A stretch of 64,000 nt of DNA, taken from contig CM052816.1 in assembly GCA_028534125.1 (NCBI GenBank), positions 55,988,001 to 56,052,000 of the forward strand, in the 5' to 3' direction. A model generated the notes under the pieces. The model was not told the DNA's origin. It did not search any database and saw only the letters and a list, made by a program, of their open reading frames with translations. Positions 10,753 to 24,949 of this stretch are shown here, piece by piece; position 1 is the stretch's first letter; every line of letters begins with the position of its first letter. Both the position numbers and the translations under genes were made by a program. This DNA comes from Lama glama (Eukaryota).

Positions 10753-12249
10753 CTGCTTGCCTCTTGATAGGATTTTCTCTCCCCTCCTCTAATCCTTTAA
10801 AATCTGACATTTCTGCTCCAGCAATATCTCCAACACAAATTAGTTGTATGAAGGCATTTTCCCTCATCATTGCAATTTTCTCCATGAGAGAAATTCTGTG
10901 CCAGAGATAAATGACATTTATGTTTATTCAAAATCCCTTTCTCCGTAACTGCTGCTCAGTGACCTCAGTTCCCGCTCCGGAGCAGAAGAGAGCATGTCTG
11001 TACTCTGCCTCGCCCATATGGCCACCCCGGCTGAAGATGCTGCTTCTGCCTCAGTTCTGTGGTTCCCCGTTCCTGGTTCTGTATTATATGGTTCTTTGTG
11101 TAACTTGGCATCCATAACTTTTCTCCTTTTTTTGATGCTCTTTACCTGGAATCCTCTGGCATCCAATGCCCTTCTTAGAATGTAGCACACAAACCTGAAC
11201 ACACGCCAGGTACGGCTTATGCTGATCCAAAGAACAGTGGTGTTTTTAAATTCAAAGATGTGGCTATGATGCTCCTTTAATGCATGAGCTGGGAGCCAAA
11301 AACGTGCCTCTCCTTTTCCTGACCTGAGTTCCAGATGGTTAGGATTTTATTAACATGCATATTTTTGTCAGAGATTAAACAGTGATTCAGATAAAGGTGT
11401 GGAAATCTTTCTTTCTTCTCCCTCTGATTACTGTAGCCCAGTTCTGGTATCAGTGCCCAGATACGGCCCTCTGGGAAATTCAGGCTTTATTTTCTAAGTC
11501 AAGCAGTCATCCGTCCCTCTAGTAATGGTGCTTTCAGAGGAAGGCCCAATCCCCAAAGAATCCTCCACCTGATTAAACTCCCCCAAATGAAATGTCTACT
11601 AAGAACACACAACAAATGTGCTAGCAGTTGTTTTGAATAATTTAATTGGGTAAACATACTGCTCTTCTCCAAAAATAACTGCTTTCTGAGTCAGGCTCCC
11701 TTTACCGTTTCTTCCTTGAGGCAATTTGGAGATGCCTAGCATATATTAACTTTGTCTAGACTCCATTGTCGTCAGCTGGTATAGCTCATTTAAATGGACA
11801 TCTGTGAAGACCGTTAGAAGCAAAAATCTTTCTGGAAGATGGTCTTTAGAGTGGAGGTGGCTCCTGGCTCGGCACCTTCACAGCTACCCCCTCAACCTGA
11901 GCCGGTTGAGATGGTGACCCAGATTGCGCTGATCAAAGGGGATTTGACTGGAAAACACCAGGCAAGTGGAGTTGAGGCATCTTACGTCAGTGCCGTGGAA
12001 GAGTCCAGGAGCTCCTACTGCAGCCTCCCCTAGTCCTGCCCTCCCCTAGTTCTCCTCTTTCTGCTATTCAGAATCCTTCCTCTAAATCTGGTTTGTATCA
12101 CATTGGCCAGAGTTGAACATTAATCAGGATTCAATTGGAGAGGGGTCTGTCTCTAAGGTATCATCATAGGAATCTAGCACTAGCCTTGTGTTCCTTGTCA
12201 TTTAATCAGAGCCTTAGACCAAACCTTAAGGTGCCTGAGCTCTGCATTT

Positions 12250-13655
12250 CTTTTTCTTTTTTTAAACTTCATTGTGGTATAATTTCTGTACAATAAACCA
12301 CATATTTCAGATGTACAATTTGATAGATTTTATAGATGTGTGCACCTATGAAACAACCACCACAATCAAGATACCTAACATTTCCATCCTTCCCCAAGAG
12401 GTGCAGATTTCAAACTCCCAATTTATCCTTTCCCACCCCCTTTACACCCTGGTAACTGTTAAGTTTGTTCTCTATGTCTGTGAGTCTGTTTCTGTTTTGT
12501 AAATAAGTTCATTTGTATCTTTTTTTTTTAAAGATTCCATATATAAGTGATATCATATGGCATTTTTCTTTCTTTCTGGCTTACTTCACTTAGAATGATA
12601 ATCTCCAGGTCCAACCATGTTGCTGCAAATGGCATTATTTTATTATTTTTTATGGCTGAGTAGTATTCCATTATATGTATGTATGTGTATATATACACAC
12701 ACATATATATACACATACATACATACACACACACACACACATATACACACCACAGTCATCTGTTATACAGTCATCTGTTGATGGATATTTAGATTCTTTC
12801 CATGTCTTGGCTATTGTAAATAGTGCTGCTATGAACATAGGGGTGTATGTGTTTTTTTGAATTATATATTTCTCTGGGTGTATGCCCAGGTGTGGGATTG
12901 CTGGATCATATGGTAAGTATATTTTTAGTTTTTTAAGGAACCTCCATACTGTCCTTCATAGTGGCTGCACCAATTTACATTCCCACTAGCAGTGCAGGAA
13001 GGTTCCTTTTTCTCCACACCCTTTCCAGCATTTATCATTTGTGAATTTTTTAATGATGGCCATTCTGACTGGTGTGAGGTGATACCTCACTGTAATTTTG
13101 ATTTGCAATTTTCTCTAACAATTAGCAATGTTGAGCATCTTTTTATGTCCTTGTTGGCCATCTGGATGACTTCTTTTGGAGAGATGTCTATTTAGGTCTT
13201 CTGCCGATTTTTTGTTTGGGTTGCTTATTTTTTTTGATATTAAGCTGTATGAGCTGTTTGTATATTTTGGAAATTAGTCTCTTGTCAGTCACATCATTTG
13301 CAAATATTTTCTCTCATTCTTTTTGTTTTGTTGATGGCATCCTTAGCTGTGCAAAAGCTTTTACATTTAATTAGGTCCCATTTGTTTATTTTTGCTTTTA
13401 TTTCCATTACTCTAGGAGCTGGTTCAAAAACACATTGCTGTGATTTTTCTTTTTTCTGTTTTATTGAAATATAGTTGATTTACATGTTGTGTTAGCTTCT
13501 GGTGTACAGCAAAGTGATTCAGATATATATATATATTCTTTTTCATATTCTTTTCTATTATGGTTTATTCCAGGATATTGAATATTGTTCCCTGAGCTAT
13601 ACCGTAAGACCTTATGTTTATTTTATATATAGTCATTTGTATCTGCTAATCCCAA
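12250..13655 (-). mobile_element. Stack of L1 3' fragments (includes ORF2 C-terminus; TA/CA microsatellite 12674-12750)
   Basis: gggattgctggatcatatggta, gtggctgcaccaatttacattcccac, ttaattaggtcccatttgtttatttttgc; a second 3' end starts ~13445. Confidence 0.9.
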
Positions 13656-13664
13656 CACTCTCAA

Positions 13665-13832
13665 GGGATCATCCTCACAACCCATGAGGTGTGTGCTCTT
13701 ATTCTTACAATTTTAGAAATGAGTCAAGTAAGGCCTGTGGGTGCCCAGGGTCATACAGCTACTGAGAGGTGGAGACCAGGTGGAACCCAAGATGTCCGAC
13801 TCCAGAGCCCTGCTCTTAACCAACACACAGCA
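13665..13832 (-). mobile_element. MIR
   Basis: atcctcacaacccatgagg...gcccagggtcatacagcta...gactccagagccctgctcttaacc. Confidence 0.7.
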
Positions 13833-14061
13833 GTCCCTCTGAGTGTTCAGGCCTAACCCGGAGGACGGCATGTTTCTCTGTTTCTCTTACTTTTTCTCCT
13901 GCCCCATCCTCTAATACTGAAATAGAGAAAATGAGGAATCTTCACAGAGAAATGTGGGGCTTAGAAGGTGAGAACAGAAGTGGGTCATTGGTGAAGGCTT
14001 CCCACAACTCTGACCCACTCTTCGGGGCGGGAGGTGGGGGAGGTACGAACCAACTCTCCCA

Positions 14062-14520
14062 CTGTATCAGTCAGGCTTCTCCAGAGAAACAGAACCTAAG
14101 GATGTGTATGTAGAGAGAGGAAATTTATTATAAGCAGTTGGCTTCCATGATTACAGTGGCTGCAAGTCTCAAGATCTGTAGTTGGCAAGCTGGAGACTCG
14201 GCGGTGTGGTGAAGGCGGGCGGGTTTAAGACCCAAGAAGAATCAGTGTTTCAGTTTGAGTCTGAGGTCAAGAGAAAACCCCATGTCCCTGCTTGAAGGCA
14301 ATCAGGCAGGAGGAGTTCCCTCTTATTCGGGGGAGGGTCAGCCTCGTTCTCTTCAAGGCTTCAACAGATTGGTTTGTGCTTATCCTTAAAAGGGAGGGGA
14401 ATCCGCTTGACTCAGTCTACTGATTTGAATGTTAAACTCATCCAAACAGAAAAACCCAGAATAATGTTTAATATCTGGGCACCCGTTCACCCAGCCAAAT
14501 AAACATAAAGTTCACCATCT
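14062..14520. mobile_element. MLT2 (ERVL) LTR
   Basis: tcaggcttctccagagaaacagaacc...ctcagtctactgatttgaatgttaa...cataaagttcaccatc. Confidence 0.85.
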
Positions 14521-16258
14521 CCCCCACTTTCTCCAGAGGATCTTCCTGACTGACACCTGCTGTCTCCAGGCATGGGCTGAGACAGCAGATTTTACCTGGA
14601 GCAGACCTCACTTGACACAGGCTACAGACTGGGTTCTCCCCATCCCAACTTTGTGCAAGGGCAAAACCAAATAAGGTTTCAATCCAGAAACGCAGATCCC
14701 TCAGCCAAGGATGACTTTGGGTTTGCTTCTTTAGACTTAAAGGGATTATGTAAAAGACCTCTAGCTGACACTTTCAGCTTTGAAATCTGAAAATGAATGA
14801 TTCTGGGAAAAAAAGGTGTCAGTCTTTTGGAAATTATTTTGATGACACCCAGCTCTGCATTGTCATAAGGAGCTTTGAGTCTGTGGAAGGGGACTGTATG
14901 TGCCCACATCGGAACCATTCACCTGGGGCAACTTGAAAGATAGATTGAAAAAAAAGTGTAAATAAACAATAAATAAACAAGTAAGTAACACCTGCCTCTC
15001 CCCTCCTCAAAAAAAAAACCCTTTCAGAAAAGTGAGCTTTCTTAAATGGCATTGGAAATGACATCTGAAAGCAAAAGGAAAATTACATCTAGGAAGGCAG
15101 AGAAGTTGGTTTATAGTATATCTTTATTGCTAACAAAGTTTAGTGAATAACGTTAAAGTAACAAGAGTAATAAGTGAGTCACCATAATCATTACTCTTTT
15201 ATGCTTGTGGAGTGCCAGAGGGAGCTTTGTACCAGAGAACTACATGTAGTTGCGTTTCTCAAGGAGATAATTCATGGTGTTATCTGGGAGAACAAGGCAG
15301 AGATAGAGGGTACAATCTGTGGAATTCTGTGAACTGAGTGTATTAAAATAACTCCTTATTGTGGGCAATTTGCTTGCAAAGAGGTACAGGTAGACTTCTG
15401 TAAGTGTTTTCTCTGTCTTGTGACCCTTTGTCTTTCTGGAATTGTCATTACCTACCAGGTCAAAGGACGCGAGTTTACAAGCAGGGCAATAAGGTGCCAG
15501 GGTCTGGGTCTCCCTATTCCCAAGTTGCCCGTCATCACAACTTAATTCTAGGGATGCTGATGCTGCAAAGATCTACCTCCTTGATGCTCCGTGGGTTCTA
15601 TGGGAGAGAGGGGAGAGACACAGATGCTGGCTGTAGGGGCACTGCTGGCGCTGAGCAACTTTTTAAGAATGGAGTCCAGACTTGAGATTCAGTGGCCTCC
15701 CACTGCCCTTATGAGCAAAACCAAGTCCTTAACAGGGCCAAGCCTTCTCCAGCCACTGGCCAATTTTCAGTTCCAGGATGTGCAACCCTCCCTTCCTGTC
15801 ACAGGGCCTCCTCCCATGCTGTTCTTCCCACCGGTGTAATTTCCCCTCCCCTCTTTCTTTAGCTATCACCTCTTTTGTCGCTGAGTCACAGAAGCCTTCC
15901 CTGACCTCCCTAACCAGTGTGCTTCCTTCTTGACACATTCTCACAGCACCTCATTCCGTTGCTGTGTAGCTCTTGTCCAGGCTGCAATTTTACATTTGTG
16001 CGTGACTGTCTGTGTTGGTGTCCCATGGAAACCGTAGGTTCCATGAAAGCAGGGCCCCATCAGGGATTGATCACCTCTGTATCCCCAGGGCATTGTTCCA
16101 GGTGTGGCACATTGTCGGTGCTCAAGTACAAATAATCATTGAATAAATGACTGAAAGGATAAATGGCGAGTGGGGAGAAGGTTGTGACCTCAGGGAACTA
16201 AGGAAGGATATGCTCGCCATGAGCTCCAAACTGTACAGTTTGGCTCTGTGCACATATA

Positions 16259-16619
16259 CTGTTTCAGTCTGTTCAGGCTGCTATAACAAAACACCATGGA
16301 CTGGGTGGCTTATGAACAGCAGAAACATATTGCTCACAGTTCTGGAGGCTGGAGGTCCAAGATCAGGGTGCCAGCATGGTCTGGTTCCAGTGAGGGCCTC
16401 TTCCTGGTTGCAGACTGTCCACTTCTCATTGTGTCCTCACATGGCAGAGGGGGAGCTCTTTGGGGTCTCTTTGGAATGCCAACACGTGAATCCCAATCAT
16501 GAGGGCGCCACCTTCCTGACCTAATCACCTCTCAAATGCCCAACCCCCTAATACCATCACTTTGGAAATTAGGGTTTCAGTATATGAATTAGAGGGACGC
16601 AAACATTCAGACCATAACA
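16259..16619 (-). mobile_element. MLT1A-like MaLR LTR
   Basis: ggctgctataacaaaa...ctcacagttctggaggctggaggtccaagatcag...aacattcagaccataaca. Confidence 0.85.
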
Positions 16620-16623
16620 TATA

Positions 16624-17038
16624 CAGAAAGTCTCCAATTTACAATGGTTTGACTTACAATTTTTCAACTTTATGATATTGTGAGGTGATACACCTTCAGA
16701 AGAAACTGTACATCGAATTTTGAATTTTAATCTTTTCTTGGGCTAGTGATATGTGTTATGAAATGACCAGTAAAGTTAAACGTATCCTGTATAATACAAC
16801 CATTCTGTTTTTTCCTTTAGTACAGTATTTCATAAATTATATGAGTTATTTAACTCTTAATCATAAAATAGGATTTATAATAATTGATCTTGTCCAACAG
16901 TAGGCTAATGTTAAGTGTTCTGAGAACACTATGATATCCAGTAGTTTAGGTGTATTAAATGCATTTTTGATTTAAAATATTTTCAACTTATGATGAGTTT
17001 CTTGGGATGTAACCACATTGTAAGTCAAGGAAGATCTG
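16624..17038 (-). mobile_element. MER47-like Tigger MITE
   Basis: CAG..CTG ends flanked by TA on both sides; gtaagtcaaggaagatctg terminus. Confidence 0.75.
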
Positions 17039-17279
17039 TACTGACTATGGAAGTGGTGGATAAATAGGAGTAGTATACATACACTACAGGGGAGAAGCTC
17101 AGCCCTCAGGTCAGACAATCCTGGTTTGAAATGTAGTTTTGTCACCTGCTGACTATTCAACCTTGGGCAAGTGACTTCAACATTGCTTCCTTGGTTTTCT
17201 GATATGTAAAATGGGATTGATGCTGATACCTAATTCTATCACCGGTGAGACTACATGAGATAATACAGAAATATGTTTG

Positions 17280-18395
17280 CTTTTTCTTGTCTGATTGCTG
17301 TGCCTAAAACTTTCAATAGTATGTTGAATAAAAGTGATGAAAGTGGACAAACTTATCTTGTTCCTGATCTTAGAGGAAACAATTTCAGCTTTTAACTGTT
17401 GACTATAATGTTAACTGTGGGCTTATCTTATATGGCCTTTATTATATTAAGGAATATTCTCTCTCTACCCACTTTCTGGAGAGTTTTCCTTTTTATCACA
17501 AATGGATGTTGAATTTTGTCAAAAAGTCTTTTCTGCATCTATTGAGATAATCGATTCGTCGATCTATCACATTGATTGATTCTCAGATATTGAACCATCC
17601 TTGTATCTCTGGGATAAATCCTACTTGATCGTGGTATACGATCCTTTTCAAGTATTATTTGATTCGGTTTGCTAATATTTTGTTAAGGATTTTGCATCTG
17701 TGTTCATCAGTAATATTGGCTTGTAATTTCTTTTTTTGTGATTATCTTTGTTCTTGGTGTGAGGGTGATGCTGCCCTCATAGAAGTTCAGAAGCATTTCT
17801 TCCTCTGAAATTTTCTGGAATAGTTTGAGAAGGATAAGTGTACACTCTTCTCTAAATGATAGAATTCACCTGTGAAGCCACCTGTGCCTGGACTTTGGTT
17901 TGTTGAGAGTTTTTGTTTTGTTTTGTTTTGTTTTTTGTTTTTTTTTATTGATTCAATTTCATTACTGGTAATTGGTCTGCTCATATTGTCTATTTCTTCC
18001 TGATTCAGTCTTGGAAGATTGTACATTTCTAGAGATTTGTCCATTTCTTCTAGGTTGTCTATTTTATTGGAAATTTGTATTTATCTCTTATGATCGTTTG
18101 TATTTCTGTGGTGACAGTTATCGTTTCTTTTTCATTTCTGATTTTATTGATTTAAGCCCTTTCTCTGGATGAATCTGTTTAAAGGTTTATCAATTTCATT
18201 TATCTTTTTGAAGAACCAGCTCTTAGTTTCATTGATCTTTTCATTTCATTGAAATAGTATCTATTTCATTTATTTCTATTCTGATCTTTATAGTTTTTTC
18301 CTTCTACTAACTTTGAGTTCTGTTTTTTCTTCTTTTTCTTGTTCAGATTTTTCTTATTTCCTGAGGTAAGCTTGTATTACTATAAATTTTCTTCT
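17280..18395 (-). mobile_element. L1 ORF2 fragment
   Basis: Minus-strand ORF MDKSLEMYNLPRLNQEEIDNMSRPITSNEIES..SPGTGGFTGEFY is L1 ORF2. Confidence 0.92.
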
Positions 18396-18495
18396 NNNNN
18401 NNNNNNNNNNNNNNNNNNNNNNNNNNNNNNNNNNNNNNNNNNNNNNNNNNNNNNNNNNNNNNNNNNNNNNNNNNNNNNNNNNNNNNNNNNNNNNN
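18396..18495. other. Assembly gap (100 N)
   Basis: Run of N. Confidence 1.
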
Positions 18496-18580
18496 TTTTT
18501 TTTAATGGAGGTATTGTGGATTGAACCCAGGATCTTGTGCATGCTAAGCATGCACTCTACCCCGGAGATATACACTCCCC
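18496..18580 (-). mobile_element. tRNA-derived SINE (camelid-type)
   Basis: Reverse complement of ggtagagtgcatgcttagcatgc..ctgggttcaatcc..acctccattaaaa. Confidence 0.88.
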
Positions 18581-19440
18581 ACTTCTGCTTTGATTTTGTC
18601 AATGAACCATTGGTTGTTTGGTAGCATATTATTTAACCAGTGTGTCTTGGCATGGTACTCTTTAGGTTGATACTTTTTGGGACTCTCTGTGCTCCCTAGA
18701 CTTGGATGCTTCCTTTCCCAGGTTAGGGAAGTTCTCAGCTATCATGTTTTCAATTATGTTCTGTGCCCTTTCTCTCTTCTCCTCTGGTGGGTAAAGTTGG
18801 GTCCTGAGGCTAATAAGGTAGAGGGAGGATTCCAAACTGGTGCTTGCCAGAACCCATGTTCAGATGGTAGAACAAGCTCCCAGAAATGGCTGCTGTCAGT
18901 GTCTATGTCCCCAGGATGAGCTCCAATTGCCTTCCCTTTCTTGGAGGCTCTCCAAGATCAGCAAGTGGGTCTTACCCAGGCTCCCTTCAAATTACTGCTT
19001 CTGCCCTAAGTCCTGAAGCATGTGAAATTTTGTGTGTGCCTTTTAAGAGTGGAGTCTCTATTTCCCACAGCCCCCTGGGTCGCCCAGACATAAGCCTTGC
19101 TGGTCTTCAAAGCCAAATGTTCTAGGGGCTCGTCTTCCTAGCACAGGACCCCTGAACTGAGGAGCCCAGTGTGGGTCTCAGACCCCTTGCTCCTTGGGGA
19201 GAACCTCTGCATTTGTCTGTGGGTCGCCCACCTGGAATGTGGGTCATGACTATCCTGTGACTGTGCCCCTCCTACCTGTCTCATTGTGGTTTCTTTTTTA
19301 TATCTTTAGTTGTAGAAGATCTTTTATGGTTAGTTCTGATCTGTTTCATCAGTAGGTGTTCTATAAGTTGTAATTTTGGTGTGTCCATGAGAGGAGGTGA
19401 GCTCGTAGTCATTTAGTTCTGCTATTGTGGCTGCACTCCC
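18581..19440 (-). mobile_element. L1 fragments including 5' region (L1M-type)
   Basis: ggttagggaagttctcagctat, agtggagtctctatttcccacagcc, gaggtgagctc. Confidence 0.6.
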
Positions 19441-19690
19441 TAGAACTTCACTTGTTTTCCATTCTAAAGTTAGTACAAGCTGTTTAAGGAAAACAAATAA
19501 ATGTATTAAAAAGTTGACTACATTCTCACCACTCTTAATGTGGGAATTTAGTATATTATCTTGCATTGTTTTTCTTTGAACACCCTTGATTTTCACTCAG
19601 TTGGTAATCACTTTGTATTTCAAATTGTATTACTCCTTTTTTCACATAATTTATCATAGCATGTTTCATCTTATTACCTGGGATTCATAA

Positions 19691-19861
19691 CCAGTGACAT
19701 GCCAGCTCTTGAGAGCTGATCGTAAACACTTTTCCCCAATTCTGTACTCTTGAAATCAGTCATGATGGAAATATTTAAACCATGGGAATCAGCAAACATT
19801 ACATATCAGAGCTTTTTTTCCCCAGGGAGCCAGCAGTTAAACATTTACTAGCACATCACAG
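19691..19861. mobile_element. MER63-like hAT element
   Basis: ccagtgacatgcc...gagccagcagttaaacatttactagcacatcac. Confidence 0.6.
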
Positions 19862-19939
19862 TTTATAATCATCATTTTTAATGGTCACCAAATAGCCTTT
19901 TGAGTAGGTACATATTAGTGAACAATTATATGATACATG

Positions 19940-20170
19940 ATTACATGCCAGGTACTAAGTACATTACTGACTCAGCCACTTAATCCTAGCAACGGAACCT
20001 ATCAGGTTGGTGCTATTATCACCTGCATTTTGCAGATGAAGAAACTAAGACAGAATGTAGTGACATAAATTGCCCAGTGTCCTACTGGTAGTAAGTGGTT
20101 GCAAGCCCGAGAGCTGGGATTTGAACTCAGGAGTCTTACTGCGGCATCTCAGCCTCTGTGTACTCTGCTG
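19940..20170 (-). mobile_element. MIR
   Basis: cattttgcagatgaagaaactaag...gagctgggatttgaactcagg. Confidence 0.75.
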
Positions 20171-22735
20171 CTTTGTATCTCCGCTCCAGCCAACAACTGG
20201 GCAGCCTCCCTCTGAGGCCAGCACTTCTGCTCCGTGAATCGTTCAGCAAGGAGGCAGAACTGTGGAGCAGCATCCTTCATCTCCTTTCTGCAGCCTTAGC
20301 GCATGTCTCAGAGAGCTCGCCCCCACCAGCAGATTCGATTACCTTTCGGAACACCACCCTGCACTCCAACAGAGCAGCAGGCACCACTCCCTTGGGTTGC
20401 TTTCAGAACTGAGCTGGGTTTGGGGGGATGCTGGCATGCCCCAAGTTGCAAGGGCCATTATGACCTCAGAGGCCAGGTGACCTTCTGTATTTTTTCAAGG
20501 ACAGTGACTCCACGGTTGACTTCTTTCTCCTGCCCCTGGGATTTGCAGTGTTTTAAGCTCCTGCCCGGCAGTCAGGAACCCTGGGCAGGATTCTATTTCT
20601 AGTGTAGCTACTGTGTCATAGAGTGATAACAGGGCAAGTCATTTGACCTCGGCAATGATCCTGTTACAGAATAGAGGCATCATTAGACCCAAGTGTTTTG
20701 AGAGCACTCTGAAACTCTTGCAGGCAAGATGCTGTGTGTGCATTTTAACTGCCTGTGGGCTCTCTCAGTACCCAGTATTCATATGCGTTGAAAGACTCTG
20801 GGCTCCTGTATTCTCATATTCGTATGGTACGTGACAGGTAGGACAATGGGTGGTCCTGAAGATTACCAGCCCAGCTTTGGAGAAGAGCTTGCATGAATCC
20901 AAGTATAGATGATTCCATCAAGAAGTCAGAGAGAAAAAATACTGTCTCAGAAGATGTGGGGGATTGATTATCATATGACTGAAGTCATCATTGAAACAGA
21001 AAATGTTGTGTTCCCTTTATGCAAAGCCTTGCAATACCACAGGGATTCAATCAATATTTATTGACTAAATATCATTGTCAGTCTAAGACCAAGGGAGAGG
21101 GTCTTGTAAACATCTAGGTTCTCCCTGGTTTAGGATTTTCACTGCTCTTTCAAATCCTCTAACTCGTCAAGTACCAAATAGGGATCCAGCCAGAGTTACA
21201 ACAGTCAGCAGCAAACCTCTGGTTTTTTTCTGACAATGCTTCTGAGGATGGAATTCAGAACGTGTAAATAGTTGAGAGAAAAGCAGTAAAGGAAAGAAAG
21301 ACAATACGTAGAGGATTTGTTTATGTGTAGGATTCCCTTGCCTCTCCATACTCAGATTCTCTTGAGTGCCTTTGATCCAAGGAAAAGGAAGAACTGGGTG
21401 CTTCTGCGGTTCCAGGTTACTCCCCAGGACTGGAGATGCTGTGGAGAACTGAAACACAGACAGAAGTTGAGGAGAAACAGAAGATTTGGGGAGTGAGAGG
21501 CAGCTCTCCTAGCCTCCCGTGCAGCAATCGTCAACCAATAGAAAGCAGATGTGGGTGGAAAACAGCCGTGCAAATGAAACCCATGTTGCATGACTTGATT
21601 TGGAGACACTTGAAATCATGTACGATTTCTCAGGCCAGAAACATTCTTTATTCTTTTCTATGCCTTGAAGCCTAATAATAAACATGGACACTTGTCGAGG
21701 CTTTTTTTTTCCCTCTCTGTGCTCTCACATGAGGAGGGGAATTTACAAAGAAAGCAATTTTATGTTTGCCATTTGTTTTTCAATGAATGACTTCAAGACC
21801 AAACTTGAGCTTCCCTACAGTACAGTGATGAAAAATTTCACATTTGTGTCTGTGAATTCTGCCATCTTGTACATCTCACATGAGCCCTGACACCTGGTCC
21901 TTTCAATATGTCCACCAAATGATGCTCTCAGTCATTGTGACGGTGGACACGTGGCTTGCTTTCACTAGCGGACTCCGAGCAGAGTCCTGGGTCATCAATT
22001 AGTAGTAATTGGCAGGGCTGACATTTGACTGCAGCTAATGGCCTGAGGTCTCCAGGACTCGATGACTCATACTCACCCTGCCCTCTGCCCTCTGGCAAGC
22101 CTATTTTTGTGTTTGATGGCAGTATTTCTACAACTCATCTGGACAGCCCATCAATCTGTTGCTCTGGGCATTTTAATAGCACACTGGGTTATGTTCCAAA
22201 CCACTGGCAGTCTTCTCCCTCCACAGGATTGTAGTTCTTGCTGTGATTTAATTTAACTGAGAACCACTGGCCCTCGGTTTGGCCCAGGGGGTTGGCTCAG
22301 CCAACTCCTTAAGCCTAAGGGGGTTTTTAGTTAAGGTGTCAAGGCATAGACAAAGCCGGCAGACAAAGAATAACCTGTCAACTGACCTGGGAGTGAAGCA
22401 TCAGGAGCATTCTGAAGGAGTGCGATTCTCTTATGAGGGGGACAGTGATGAGCCTCTGAAGTATTAATGATGCATCCGGCAGGTCAACAGGTCAGCCCCT
22501 CTCCATTAAGCGGACAGTATGAGTTTGGCATTAGAGCATAAGGTTTTCATTGATGCAATGATTTTCTCCTTTCTTTTCCCCCTTTGGTCTGGAGAGTATT
22601 ATCATCTGGAGGTGAAATCCTTTCTCTACTTGCTCTTAGTTCTACTCTCTGAGGACTCAGTCTGTAAGATTTCCGTCTACTACTGTGACATTCATATATT
22701 TTTTCACTTCAACTCAGAATAGAAAGTACATTATT

Positions 22736-22835
22736 GGGAGGAGGGTATAGCTCAGTGGTAGAGCACGTGCTTAGTATGCATGAGGTCCGGGGTTCAATCC
22801 TCAGTACCTCCATTAAAAAATTAATCAAATAAAAA
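22736..22835 (+). mobile_element. tRNA-derived SINE
   Basis: A box tagctcagtgg, B box ggttcaatcc, A-rich tail, TSD agaaagtacattatt/agaaaatgcattatt. Confidence 0.92.
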
Positions 22836-24659
22836 AGAAAATGCATTATTCATAGTAACTGAGCACATGCACACACACTAGGACATGCTTGAAACAAAAG
22901 TTTCAAAACTGCATAATGATACTTCCAATTTTATTCGATTTCTTTTTCTCCTTTTCCTTTTTTGTTTTAATGCTGGTCAAGATGCATTAATTTTGTAACT
23001 GACAAATGGCTCACCACTCACATCTTAAAAGCACTGATTAACTGCACCCTTGGACTATCAACTTTCACTCATTCTCTGGGACGTTTTCATTGTCTTCGAG
23101 GTTTTACCATTTCTTCCGCAAATTTTTACATTTGTCAATTATTTGAAAATAATTTCACTTGTCAATATTTATATATACCTTTTAAAATTCCTCAAAAGAC
23201 CCTCAAAATATCTTAATATTTGATTTCATCTCCGCTACTTCATTTATTTCCTCTGCCCCAAAGCCATTACTATATAAAAGACAATCTGAAAAGATAGAGC
23301 CCAAAATGTTAACAGATTCTCTCTGGATGGTGAGATTACAAGTGACTTTTTAAGGTCTGTATTTTTTAATACATACATATTATTTGTATAAAGATATTGT
23401 AAATTTTTATGGTGATCATTGCTGTATTTAATGAAAAGGTTAACTACTAGCATTCTTTTAAATGCTGGTAAATTTTTCTCATGAGCTTACTAATTTTTCA
23501 CTTTCTTAAGTCATTCAAAAAGAAGATCGCAAAGAGAGCCCCGTCAGCAGCCTTTGAAGGATTTCACTGTTTCATAGTGTTTGCTTTTTTGGCATCATTT
23601 TTTTCTATTCTTGTCTCTTTCAATTCCCTTAAAATATTTATGCATATGTATTTTTTATCAGTTTCTAGTACCAGTCATCAAGAATCATTTCTTCAGCTGG
23701 CCAACAAATAGTAGGAAACTCTTGCTCTTAAGTCTTGTATTAGAAAACAGATCATTCGGTCTTCCCCGAGGAATCATAATTCAGGAAAGTTGTCAAGCCT
23801 CAAAAGTAGTAAATTACATTTGTGTTTAATCTTTGTCAAGTCCAGAGTAATGTGCTGGACATTGGCAGTCATACCTTTTTAACTGGGTGCAATCTATGCA
23901 CTTTGTGTTCTCTTTAACTATTGCTCATTTCAATTTTTAGATAACAGTTGGTTATTGTACACATATTTCTTTATAGTATGAGGAAATTACATTCACTCAG
24001 GACCTCTGTCAAAAGAAAGGTATGGACTACAGCCTCTGGAGTATTATTAGATCAAGTTAAATTGCCAACCTGCAAATGCACCCACTTTATGTCATCTCTG
24101 ACCCAGCCTTGGAGACCTCCAAGAGGAGCAAGGGAAGGAAGGAATATGTAGTTCAGGGTGGGCAGAGCTGGTGTTCCGCATCTTCCTTCATTCCCTCCCT
24201 TTTCTTGTTGAGCCCACTCTTGCTAACTTTCAATCCTATGAAACTCTCTGTATGCAAGTCCAGGTTGCGAAGGCAGCTCCCTGAGCCTGCAAAGAGCCAA
24301 CCAATCAGAATTATCTAATGCTCCATCTTTGCCAACCTCAGAATTTACCAGCTGAAATATTAATTAAACTAAATAATAAACTGTATCTGATTTTTTAATT
24401 TAGTGATGGAAGCAGAATGTAAATGAAGGTCTCCCCAAGGTGAATTTTTAAGTAGGCAGAATTTGCTTTCTTATTGGAACCTCTCCCCTTTGGCACCATT
24501 CCTCTCTGTGGCCAGGCACTCAGCAGCGTCCTGCTGTTTCCTGGGCCTCGTCTCTGTGTATTTTTCTTTCCTCTAGTTCTCAAGTTTTCAGAGCCACCTC
24601 CCTCTTTCATATATGTTTACCTGTCCCATTTCTGTTTTGTCAGTATTCAGCTTATCTGA

Positions 24660-24880
24660 AGAAGATCTTGGGACCTGAGTGGACCACACTTATGAGCTAT
24701 TAGTGTGATGTGGCAGCAATAAAAGTTCGGTAGTATACCGTGCTTGGGCTTATACAGCTGTCCTCCCCATGCACAGATTGCTAATGCCATATGGTCCTCC
24801 TTGCAGCTCAACTATGATTTTAGAGGAGGCCTGACAACAAAGCTGGATTGTATTAGGCGAGCGCATGTGCCCAGAATAAG
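24660..24880 (+). mobile_element. L3/CR1 fragment
   Basis: gatcttgggacctgagtggaccacac..tatgagc..agtgtgatgtggcagc resembles the CR1 RT 3' region. Confidence 0.5.
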
Positions 24881-24949
24881 CAGGAGAAAGATTACAGTGA
24901 CTGGCAAATTCTAAAGGCGTTCTCTCTGTCCATTTCCTAAATCCTCCAA

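Noticed and set aside
22736..22812. tRNA genes (here and at the other SINE heads)
   Set aside because: A-rich tails, TSDs and multiple diverged copies show they are SINEs
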